NCBI RefSeq assembly: GCF_009834535.1 | Contig: NC_045697.1 | Span: forward strand, 103,356,001-103,420,000 | Source of the DNA: Camelus ferus | Lineage: Eukaryota | DNA: 64,000 nt | Direction of reading: 5' to 3' | Part shown: positions 13,003 to 23,249 of the stretch, piece after piece | How the letters are laid out: each line of letters opens with the position of its first letter | Numbering within the stretch: the first letter of the stretch is position 1 | Translations under genes and position numbers: made by a program | Notes under the pieces: model-generated | Databases searched by the model: none | What the model was told of the DNA's origin: nothing | The model's input: only the letters and a program-made list of their open reading frames with translations

Positions 13003-16000
13003 GCGTGTACAGGCAGGGAAGCTGACTTTTATAAAATAAACAGCAATGTGCACCCATGCAGCTGAAGATTAGTATCAAGCCACAGTCTGATTTTAATTTA
13101 TGAAACTACCTTGTAACTACAGCAATTCTATCCCAAGGTGGGTCCTTGGGGAATGGTAAGAGTCACCTGAGAGGCCCCGGCTTCAGCACCTAGTCATACA
13201 TTATTCTCTAATATCATAAAAATGTAAGTTACAGACAGAGGACAGAAATTCAAAACTTGCTCCTAAACAGAAGGGAGAAAGTGGCTAGAAACTTCAGCCC
13301 ATCAAGCCTCTTAGCTAAGTCTAAGGTCTGCGCTTTGCACATTCGTTTCTTATAAAAATATGACAAAAGACATTTCAGTGATCACGAACCATAAAGTATT
13401 TTGTACACGTGGCCCTCGATGGTATGAATTACTGAGCGACACCTAGTAAATATGAAATAGAAAAGAGCCCATCAGAAAGAGGACACAGCTGCTTCATTTA
13501 CAACCTGTATCTCTAAAATGTGATTCTAGACTGCCATTACTAGGACAAAATAGTAACGAAATCTGATTAAAAAAACCCAAAAACAAACAAACAAAAAACC
13601 ACATGTTCTTCCATCACTAGGCCTGGTCTGGATTTCTTTCAGGTAAGAGGAAACTCAAAGCTCACGGTCTTGTAAAACCTTCTGCTAGAAAGCCTCGAAC
13701 GCCCCCCAAAGTCCTATTTTGTAGGTCACACTCTCATCCTGTTCTGTGATCAGTCTGATCAAAGTACAGAAAATAACGAAGACATCACTCAGAATGGAGA
13801 GATCAGCTCCAGCCTGTTGTCTGTGTTCTTCCGTCCTGCTACCCTAACACTCTGGCAGATATTTCAAAAGGAAGAGTGGAGGAGGGAAGAGGCAACTTTC
13901 AAAAAAAGGAAGGTGAAAGGGTGTATTAACCTCCTCTCAGCAATATCCTGCCCTCAGCTTCCACAGAGAGCATTACTGACCAATCAGAAACCAAGGGAAC
14001 TTTGTACACCATGCCAATTTCAGTTCCCCCATCACTCCCTATGTACCTTGTCACCTTTGAATCCAAAGACATCACCTTGCACGATGTGACCAGGGTGAGT
14101 GATCCTGGATAAGTTTTTCTCTTTTGAGAAACTATATCATTCCAACACGATCTGAACCCAAAATACTGGGATTACTAAATAAACTGGTTTACTGACCCCA
14201 CCAGGTACTGCACATTTCGAATCCGGTCTCTCGTGTAAGAACATCTTGACATTCATAGGATTCCTTGTATTTTAAACCAACTTTTGCCCGCAGGAGAAGC
14301 CTGCCTGGTTACTCCACCAACACAACAGGAACCCTTGGATGTTTCCACCACCTCTGTCCATCTAATTTTATAAGCCTCACGAGATAAAGATTTTCCACAT
14401 CTCCCTAGGAACTCTTCTAACAGAAGCCATTCAAAGACTCTAATAACTCAAATGCACAGCAAGCTCTATCACTGGCCAAAAGCTGTCCAATTTATACTTT
14501 TCCAACGTGACTTATTAACACTTTGTGCAGGAGACCTGTCAACTTGCACCAGCTGTGTCATTCCCAGAGCAAGATGGTAACATGTAGACAAATTTAAAAT
14601 CAATGTTTTTTGTTCAAAACTATCCTGAAGCATTGAAAGGAGTGCGATTTTGAGTCATCTTCTTTAATAGCAAAGCTCAGTGTACCCTACTGAATGTGTT
14701 TAGGAATATATGGAGGTCTCTTGGGAAAACAGATAGGCATTTTTGCCCAGCATCCACCAAGCCTGCCTTGTGGTACCTCAGATTCATCAGCAGTGAAATA
14801 CTTTACTATTTCAGTCTCGAAAAAATTTCTCCGTGGTTCCTGTCATAGTCAGGAGGTATGACCTGGTCACTGAAAAAAATTAATAAAAGTAAAGGGAAAA
14901 GTTCGATCTTCTATCCTTTAACTTTCAATAGACCTATAAAGACTTGTGAAAATATAAAAATAAGGGATTCTGCTGCTTTTCAGTCATTCTGCTTCCCAAT
15001 TTGACTAGAAAGCAAGAGAGAATTTTTAAAGTTTTTTTCATGAAGGAGACAATAACTTGTTTCGGGCTCGACCCACAACTGAGTCAACAGTGAAGATGCT
15101 AGAATAACAAAACAACAGTTTTATGAACTTTTCTTTTGTGCTCCCTCTGGGGTATATCATCAGGCAGCTTTCCAATGATAAACAGAACAGGAGCTAAACT
15201 CATCCACCTTTAGGGGTAAGTGGAAGCTAAAGATGAAATCTTCAAAGTGCTGAGGGAACCAACGGTAAAAGGATTTACAGATGCAACAAACACCTCCCTC
15301 TCCCGCTCCAGTTTGTGATCCCAAATGCAGTGATGTTCCTAAAAGCCTGGGCCCCAGGCCTGGCAAACAGTCACAGTATCAGTTTCCCTCTCTTCCTCTT
15401 GCTTAGACTGACCAACATTTTTAAACTACGCAGTTAGGATTCTGCTAAAGATAAGCACACGGTATAGCTCAAAGGACCTCTAGGACGTTTTCTGAACATG
15501 GTATTGGACCTTGTTCACGGAAAGAACTTTTGTAGAAGAAACATCAATGGCAACAGAATCAGATTAAAACCCCCAAATGATCATTACTGCTCTAGGCCAA
15601 GAAATAAAGGCTTTATTTTGAATAATAGTGTTTAAAACCACTTCTCAAAAACAGTTTAATGCCCTTGGTTGGGGGTCACCTCCAAAAGCTAGTGCAGCAT
15701 GCCTTTTTGATTGGCAGTCAGTAGGGTCACCATTCAACTCTATAGGGACAGGCCATTTGTTTTTCTGCATATGTATGAGGCCTATATAACAAAAACAAAC
15801 ACACACATACAGTTACTTCAGAGGCCCAGGAGGAAATGACTGTGGAGAATTTTAAATCAGAAATCTAACGCTTAGGTTAGTAGCGTCAGGTTAAAGGCTC
15901 GCCCATCCCCAAAGCTAATTCGGTTCCGAACAGTCCCAAGGGTGTCTGGTTGAACAGAAGGAGCTAGGAAACCTTAGCAGGCCGAAGCCCAGCCTGGGGA

Positions 16001-17247
16001 ATTGCTGGGACTCCGTGCCAGGGGCTGAGGCTCACCCCAGACTTGGTATCAGATAATACTCAGTGGTAGTCTGGATTTCCAGGACTAATCTACTCCAGGG
16101 CAGAACTTGCAGGTTCCCTGGTGTCTGCGCTATAGAGTGGGGGAACTGTGGGCTTCGCAGAGCCACACTGCGGCTGGCTAGTATCATATTTTATAACACA
16201 CAGTAAGACTTTATTAGTAGCAATGGTTTATGTGGAGGGCAGGCACAGAGGCAAGGGGGGGGCCTTAAGACAAAGTGGAAAACATTCCAAATTTCTTGAT
16301 GATTCAGTTTTACAAGTTTTTTTTTCTTGTATTCTAATTGGAACTTCTTAAATGTGTGTTTACAGGTTCTCTAAATTTTTTGAGCATCATATCAAAAGTG
16401 GCTCTCGACCACTTGTTATCATCTATTCAGAATGCCCCTTGGTTTCAAAAACAATCCTCCTCATCTCATATCCCCTCTGACCCTTCCCACCCCAAAAGCC
16501 ACACACATCACTCCTTCCTTTAACTGTGAAATTTCAAGCTGCCCCTATATAACTTCTTAAAAACTCGGGATGACTTCTATTAGGGCAATCTTAATCCCCA
16601 ACTCACTATATTTTCACTCATACAAAACGGTTCTCCAGGGGAAAAAGAAAATCCTGGCACCATGCATAAACAAAGAAATAAAGAACTTAGCATTAAAACT
16701 AGAACTGAGGGACTACAATTATATTCTACACTAAATATAAATTAACACTAATTTTACCGAAATCCACACCACTGCAAGTTCCTTAAGACTCACTCAGCAC
16801 TTAGCAAGACTTGGGTTACTGTGTCTGAATTGCAAAACACACCATTTACCCAGAAACTGCTCTCAGCTCAAATGCAAACTGCTTACAAAACATCTGTAAA
16901 CCATGCTTAAAACAGGCAGCACACATCCACAAAAATCCATTCAAAGCAAAGGTAAGTGGAGAAAAGCTTCTCAAATGGGCTTGCCTTTTAAAACTGGAGG
17001 GACTTTTACGGGGTTTCCAAAAGGTAATTGCTTCTTACTTCAGTAAAAGTGGTTTTATGTGACTGGAGGAGAAGTCGATTTTTTTTTTAACCGAGTGGGT
17101 AACAGTATTCAATTAGAGAACAGGGTGGGAGAGCCCACTTTGAAAATACAACTTAATCGCCAGGCCCTGCGCGCTGGAGAGGCCCACCGAACACACGAGC
17201 TAAAATGGAGCCTGAATTTCCTCTCAGACGGAGAGGGTAGTCGCACG

Positions 17248-17265
17248 AGGTCAGGGTCAAGGTCA
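17248..17265 (+). promoter_or_regulatory. Triple nuclear-receptor half-site AGGTCA-GGGTCA-AGGTCA (two DR0 plus DR6; includes TCAAGGTCA extended monomer site)
   Basis: Exact sequence at 17248-17265; three consecutive perfect RGGTCA hexamers at the CpG-island shore. Confidence 0.6.
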
Positions 17266-19144
17266 CCAGCAGGGCAGGCTGCAGCTGCCCGACTCCACTA
17301 CACACCACGGGAGGGAAGGCGTTCCATCTCCGTCACAACCGAACAGATACAAATCCCTTCTCTCCTCCTACCCTCCCTCTAACCCCGCCAACATTTTCCT
17401 TCTTTTTTTTTTTTTTTTTATTTTTTCAAAGAGAAGAAAGCAAAATGACCAAATAACCTCACCGCCCTGGTTTTCGCACACAAGCTCATCAGCTCCCAAA
17501 GTTGCCATCTAAGGGCAAGTTCGCAGAGAACACTGAAGCCCATTTTGTCCGAGCAGGGCAAGCCTCCCCCGACACCCCCCCCAGGATCCCTGCCTCCCCT
17601 CCCTGCCCCCACACGCCCCCGAAAAGAGCTGGGAACTGCGGCGGGCCGGCCATGTGCACGAAACACTTCCACCAACTGCTGCGAGTTTTCTGTGAATCGC
17701 AGCGCGGAGCCTCCCAACTCGCCCTCCCCGACTCCGCCGCCTTCTTTTTCCTCGCACAAAATTTCCCTACACACGCAGCCGCCTGCGAATGCTTTTCTGT
17801 GCATATATATTACATATGTGATATTATCCTCAGAACCTCTAGCGGGCAGGCGAAGAAAGGACTGCACAGGGGCATTTTTTTTTTAAAGGAAGGGGAAAAA
17901 AAGCACAACCCAAGCCCTGTGCGTCGACTCCTGCGTACCGGGAAGGGGAAAGAAAGAGGAATGTTTGCGGAGCTGGCTGCCTGCAAGTGCCCTTGCTCAC
18001 CACTTCGGCCGCGGCCCGGGTGACACGGAGGCGCGGGGGCGCCCGGCCCGAGCCACCCGCGCCCCCTGCCCGTCCCCCGGGCCGGCACCGCGGCGGAGAT
18101 TTCGCGAGGGGGAGATCGATCGCGCTGCCTGTCTGCAGCGGAAACGCACACGCTCACACACAACCCGAGCCCGAGACACCATAACCTTAACCCTTCCCCC
18201 ACCCTCCGTGAACTTCAGGTGACCGACCACGTCGGCCTGACACCCGGGCGGGCGGGCGCTCCGGCTCCGCTCCCGCCCCCAGCCCGGGTTTTGCAGGATC
18301 GGGCTCCGAGCAGCAGCGCCAAACCGCCGGGAGAGGGGAGCAGTGCGGGGGGAGAGAAGAGAAATTGACCCTCCGTCTCCCCCGACCCCTCCCTCCGGCG
18401 CCTCCGGCGTCCCCTCCTCCCCGTCACCCCGCCCCATGCCTTCTCCCCTGCCCCCTCCTCCCTGCATTCAAGGAGCCGGGCGGCCCCGGGGGATATTTTT
18501 AGTTGCTTCCTTTCTCCTTCACTTTTAGCTTTAGCAGCATCTCGGAACACTCAAAGCGGAGAAAGATTGGGGGGGGGGGGGGAGAGCTGGAGAGGGAGTG
18601 GGGGAAAAGTTAAGAGTCTCGCAAAGAAAAGCCGGAGGGAGGGCGGAGAGGGACCGGGGGCGCGGGTGGAGGAGGGGAAGGGGACCGGGCCGTGCCGGAG
18701 GGTGTGTGTCTCCAGTTGGTGTGTGTGGCTGCAGCCGGGGAGGGCTGTGATGCACTTTAGTCCTGGACTCTGCTCAGGCTCGCCGGGGAGGGGGGTCTGA
18801 GAGCCCGAGTCTCGCCCGGCTCCGTCTGCTCCGACTGACCCCGCATTTTATTGCGGCCAGGAGCCCTGCTCCTCCCTCCCCTCGGCTCTGCAGGGACCTC
18901 GCGCGCCGCGAGCCGCCCTGCCTCCTGCCTCCGCCTCGGCGCAGCTCCCGCACCCCACATCCGCCCGCCGCTGCCCGGCCTCGCCCCCCGCCCGGCCGCC
19001 CCGCGCCCCCCGCGCCCCGGCGCGCCCCCTCGCCCCGGCGCCGCGGGAGCAGCCGCCCGGCGGCGCGTGTGTACCCATGTGTTTGTGTGCGGAGCCCCCA
19101 CACCCTCCCAGCCTCTCCCGCCTCGCCCGCCCCCGACTCCCCTC

Positions 19145-19207
19145 CTCCGCCGCCGCCTCCTCCACCTCCGCCTCCTCCTGCTCCTGCCGCCGCCGCTGCC
19201 GCCGCCG
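19145..19207. repeat. Interrupted (CCG)/(CCT) trinucleotide tract in intron 1
   Basis: ctccgccgccgcctcctccacctccgcctcctcctgctcctgccgccgccgctgccgccgccg. Confidence 0.85.
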
Positions 19208-19797
19208 GCTCCGGGGCCGACCAACCCCGGCGCAACCTTTAGCCGTAGACGGACCTCTCCCTGGATCCTGTACCCGGCAGGCGGCCGCGCGCCCTCGCCC
19301 CGACACCCCCAAACGCCATGTCACGGCCCCCAGCCCCCTGCGCGCCCCGACCCCCGCACCCTCAGGCACTGTGATCCGCAAGGAATTTTTTTTTAAAGAT
19401 TCCAACCTCTCCCACCTCCCCTCCACCCCCGATTTAAAAAAAAAAAACCGGCATCCACACTACTCCCCTCCTCCCTTCTCTTGCCCCCTCCCCCCAGCAA
19501 CCCGGAGTGAGGAGGGGGAGGGAAAGGGAAAAAAGCCCGATCTCAAGGAAAAAAAGAGGGGGGGTGAGAGAAAGAAAGAAAAAGAGAGAGAGAATAGAAA
19601 GGGCACGGGGCTGATCATCACCAACATGGCTGCCTCAGCATAGACCTAAACGAGGAGTAACCCGGGCTGTGTCTTTGTCAGTTTCACCTCTGTAACCCTA
19701 AACTAATGCAGAAAACAACGGAGGAGGCTGCGGAGGGGAAAGAGGAGAGGGAGGGCGAGAAAATGGCACGAGAGGAGGTGGAGAAGGGATGACTTAC

Positions 19798-19840
19798 GTG
19801 AGGGAAGGCGCTTGGGCTGCTCCTGCTTCCTCCTGGGCAT
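19798..19840 (-). CDS. ZNF827: ZNF827 (zinc finger protein 827) first coding exon, 43 nt, MPRRKQEQPKRLPS(H); encodes the N-terminal NuRD-binding RRKQxxP motif
   Basis: Reverse complement reads ATG CCC AGG AGG AAG CAG GAG CAG CCC AAG CGC CTT CCC TCA C | GTAAGT: canonical donor at 19797-19792, A at -3 of the ATG, inside a CpG island. The peptide matches the ZNF827 N-terminus as I recall it (MPRRKQEQPKRLPSHVSRQ...). Too short for the ORF track. Confidence 0.95.
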
Positions 19841-20317
19841 TTTCCCCCTTTTCTCACATTCTCCTCCTTGGTTAATGTGAGATCAAATAAACCCCCGTGG
19901 GGGCAGAGAGGCAGACACTGGCAGGAGCGGGGAGGTAGTTGGGGGGCGAGCGGGCGGGCAGGGGGAAACCCCTTCTCTCCGGTGTGTGCAATGGGTTGAA
20001 GCTTGTTTCCTGGAGCCAGAAGAGGGGTTTTCTTCTTTTCTTTCCTTTCTTTTTCCCCTTTTTTTTTTTTTTAATTTTTGGTCGTGCACCTGGCTTGTCC
20101 CCGAGCGTAATATTCTTCAATGGAAACGGATCTAATAGGTGTGAGTGTGTGTGTCTGTGTGTGTGTCCTATGCTCGCGAGTGTGATGGGAGGTATAAATA
20201 AATGAGTGCCGGTGCGGCGGTGTCTATGGCCGCGCTCTGTGTCTCCGAGCCCCTAACACTAATGTCGGGATCAAAGGGCAGCGGCGGCGGCAGCACAGCT
20301 CACAGCTCGCTCTCTTG

Positions 20318-20330
<13 letters not shown>
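19841..20330 (-). other. ZNF827: Probable 5' UTR of ZNF827 exon 1 (TSS not determinable, likely near the GA repeat at ~20300-20400)
   Basis: Contiguous with the start codon; GC-rich; no ATG on the minus strand between 19860 and ~20340, the only upstream ATG being the start-stop at 19859. Upstream boundary is inferred. Confidence 0.6.
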
Positions 20331-20351
<21 letters not shown>

Positions 20352-20462
20352 CTCTCTCCTCTCGCGCTCTCTCTCTCTCTGTCACACACACACACACACA
20401 CAGAGGCACAGACTGAAGGAAAGAGGGAGAGCTAGACACACACACGCGCACGCACACACACA

Positions 20463-20500
<38 letters not shown>

Positions 20501-20506
20501 CACACA
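20308..20506. repeat. Compound microsatellite (CT)n then (CA/CG)n at the ZNF827 promoter
   Basis: Interrupted (CT)n ~20308-20380, (CA)n 20383-20402, long alternating purine-pyrimidine tract ~20436-20506. Confidence 0.95.
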
Positions 20507-23004
20507 GCAAAGAGGAAGGTGCCCTAAGGCTCCCAGGGCGGACTCAGCCTGGGATTTGCAACCGCTCTGTCTGGAAAGAATGGGGGGCGCGCGTGCGGGG
20601 GTGGGATGGAGTTCTTCGAATTTATCCCGCTATTCGCCACATCTAGGGGGAAAAAAGTTTTCCCCACTCTTTAAACAACGATTAGTTCATTATTCTTACT
20701 CATTTTTAAAAAGGAAATCGGCTTTTCTTTTAACTCTCTTTTGTTTATTAAACTTCGTTTTGTTCTGTTTAAAAATCTTCAGTCTTTTGTCACCAAAAGA
20801 AGTGCTCTCTCACCCCATCACCTTAAGTCTGTGGAGGTTACAGTCTTCCACACACTCTCCAAAAACAGTCCAATAAAAATAACCAAAAAAATAAAATAAA
20901 AAGATAACATATGGTGAAATCAATAACTAGATGGAGTAAGTGCCCAGTTTTGGAGTGTCCAGAGGAGTTAAATCTGGAAAATGCCGCCTAAATGAAAATT
21001 ACAGCTCCTTCACAAAGGGGGAAAAATAAGATTAGGTCACCCCTGATGGTTGCTTTAACTGCTACATGATAGTCCTACAGTGCACACAGCAATCTTGACT
21101 TCTGAAATTTTCTTTTTCTCCTGCTATAATGCAGGTATGTGAAGCTAACCCTGAAGCAATTCCAGTTTGCATTATGAGTGCAATATGCAGTTTTCATTAA
21201 CTGATACATACTGTCATTACTTTACAAATCACACATTCTTCTTCAAAGAGAGACATAAAGGGGAGAAACAGAAAAGGACGGGTCTCACTCCAGCACAAAA
21301 GGTACTTGGTGAAAGAGGGCTGTTCTCTTTATGACTTGCAGTCATTTGGATAAAAGTTCACTCAGAGGTTGTTAATGATTTAAACTCCAAAACCTGCTAC
21401 TATAATTGAAGGAAAAACAGTCTGAAGAAGAGTTGTTTCATAAAACTCTCTTTGTAAGAGAAAACTTTGAACTTAGCAGAATACATTATATCTCATGAGT
21501 CAGATGTAGCTAAAAAAATTAAAAGGTGCATTTTTAAACTACATCTTCCCTTTTTAGCTTTTTAAAACCTCTGACTCATCACCTTATTATGTTAAATATT
21601 TTCTTACAAATTTTAAAATAGACTTTTTCATCAAAGAAGGTGGAGGCACCCCAAAGATACAGAACATTAAAATGACACTCCATACGCTTACGTGGATAGC
21701 TAATGCCTCTTTGAAGTTCTGACTTACTTCTCTCAGCTGGAGTGGTGTTCCAGACAGTCATGGGGGTTGAATCTCTATGTGCTCTTTCAAAAATAACAAT
21801 AAGCTTTCATATGGCACACTTTTATTAGAGAAGCTTAAAGAGTGCTGTGTGTCTCCCCAAAGATCTTTTTCATTGATAATGCAGTCTCAGGATGAAACCG
21901 TTGCTGCTAACTCCCCAGAAAGATCTAGCTTCCCAGTGGCAAGTAATGCAATCTGAACCAGGTTCTGAAACACCTGCTTGAATTCAATCTAAAACCAAAC
22001 AGAGAGCAGTCAAGCTTGAAATAGAGCATCATGCTTAAACCAACTCTTCCTTGAATATTGGCTTAAGTCAACTGGTAGTTAAATTTCCCCAAGTTAACGA
22101 TTTGAAATCGAACTTTCTTGCAACTCAGATCAAACTCAACCCGCCATGATTTTGACTGTCGTCAATAGCGCTGGACTTGAAATTAGTATATGAATGATAA
22201 ATCAGAGTTCATCATTCTAAATAGACTCATTGCCCTGAGTGTGTCGGATCCTTAATCCTAACACGGTAAACAGAACAGTCCTAGCGCTCCACCGCCGCTC
22301 CCTCAGGACCTCTGGCTGGGATAGGGAGGACTGTTACTCTGCATAGACACACCACCACCTTTTCCTGAATTGCTGCCGCTTTCCAATGCTTAGTACACTG
22401 TAATTGAAAACACACTTTGGGCCTTTCCTCAAAGTAGAGTGCATTTCCTGCGACCTTTTAGAAGCACGCAGGCAAATGCTGTGAACTTTTAATTATGTAC
22501 GTCTTCTATCAACAGCCAAAAACATTTTTAAATTGAATTTATTCATACCTCTACCTCTTTCCAAAAATTATTTGAAGTAGTACACAACAATAGAAAATGG
22601 AACTAAGGACAGAACAACTTCTGTTGAAATCTCAGCTGGGTATCTCTCTCTGCTACAAAGTGCTCATCAAGGGCACTGGCCTCTTACCCTCTTGTGCCCT
22701 ATGGTTAAGGAGCACAAACTAATTTTAATGTTAGACTAGCCTAAAATATTAGATAGATAAAGAGCTGAAGGTTACAATGGATTTCATACCGAGTGGATAA
22801 ATAATCTGGGGATGGTGTGCCTTTGGGATGCCCATATCCAGGAACTTGGATTACTGTTGACTATAGTCATCATAGTGGAATATTCTCTTCGGTTCAACTC
22901 CTTGGCCCAAGCTTTTGAAAGCATATTTTATCTTAATAATTATAGTACTTTCTCCACCCTCATCTCCATCACCTCTCAAATGTGAGATTAAAATAGATTT
23001 TCTC

Positions 23005-23166
23005 TGGGAAGGGTATAGCTCAAGTGTTAGGGTGCATACTTAGCATGCACAAAGTCCTGGGTTCTAGCCCCAGTACCTACTCTAAAAATAAATAAATAAA
23101 TAAACAAACAAACAAACCTAATTACCTCCCTCCCACCAATAAATAAAATAAAATAAAATAAAATAA
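23005..23166 (+). mobile_element. tRNA-Ala-derived camelid SINE (Vic-1 type)
   Basis: gggaagggtatagctcaagtg..aaacctaattacctccc, (AAAAT)n tail; TSD aaaatagattttctc (22990-23004) / aaaacagattttctc (23167-23181). Confidence 0.92.
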
Positions 23167-23249
23167 AAAACAGATTTTCTCAGAATTGTATATTCTAAGA
23201 AGAGGTTTCATAAACGCTCACTCTCACGGGAGGAATTCTATCCTTTCCC

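Larger units (their letters stand above)
1..19797 (-). other. ZNF827: ZNF827 intron 1 (continues beyond the window start)
   Basis: Begins at the GTAAGT donor; I found no sequence encoding the expected continuation (..VSRQEE..) in 1-19797; region is repeat-rich and non-coding. Confidence 0.8.
17500..20300. promoter_or_regulatory. ZNF827: CpG island covering the ZNF827 promoter, exon 1 and 5' intron 1
   Basis: Very high GC and dense CpG (e.g. 18000-18480, 18880-19360), GC boxes, no interspersed repeats; contrasts with CpG-depleted flanks. Confidence 0.92.

Noticed and set aside
17418..19643. Many long overlapping ORFs (110-192 aa) on both strands
   Set aside because: Low-complexity Gly/Arg/Pro/Ala translations expected from a stop-poor CpG island; mostly non-ATG starts; no recognisable domain.
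19626..19643. Plus-strand micro-ORF MAASA in strong Kozak context
   Set aside because: Five codons, antisense; better explained as a YY1-like motif, which overlaps the Kozak pattern.
19693..19706. Telomere-like TAACCCTAA units (also 18182-18194)
   Set aside because: One to two degenerate units are expected by chance; tempting only because of ZNF827's telomere role.
19861..19869. AAGGAGGAG Shine-Dalgarno-like sequence in the hairpin loop upstream of an AUG
   Set aside because: Eukaryotic nuclear gene; purine-rich leader makes this a likely coincidence.
22091..22115. Imperfect palindrome aagtt-aa-cgattt-g-aaatcg-aactt
   Set aside because: Too short and imperfect to exceed chance in 64 kb.
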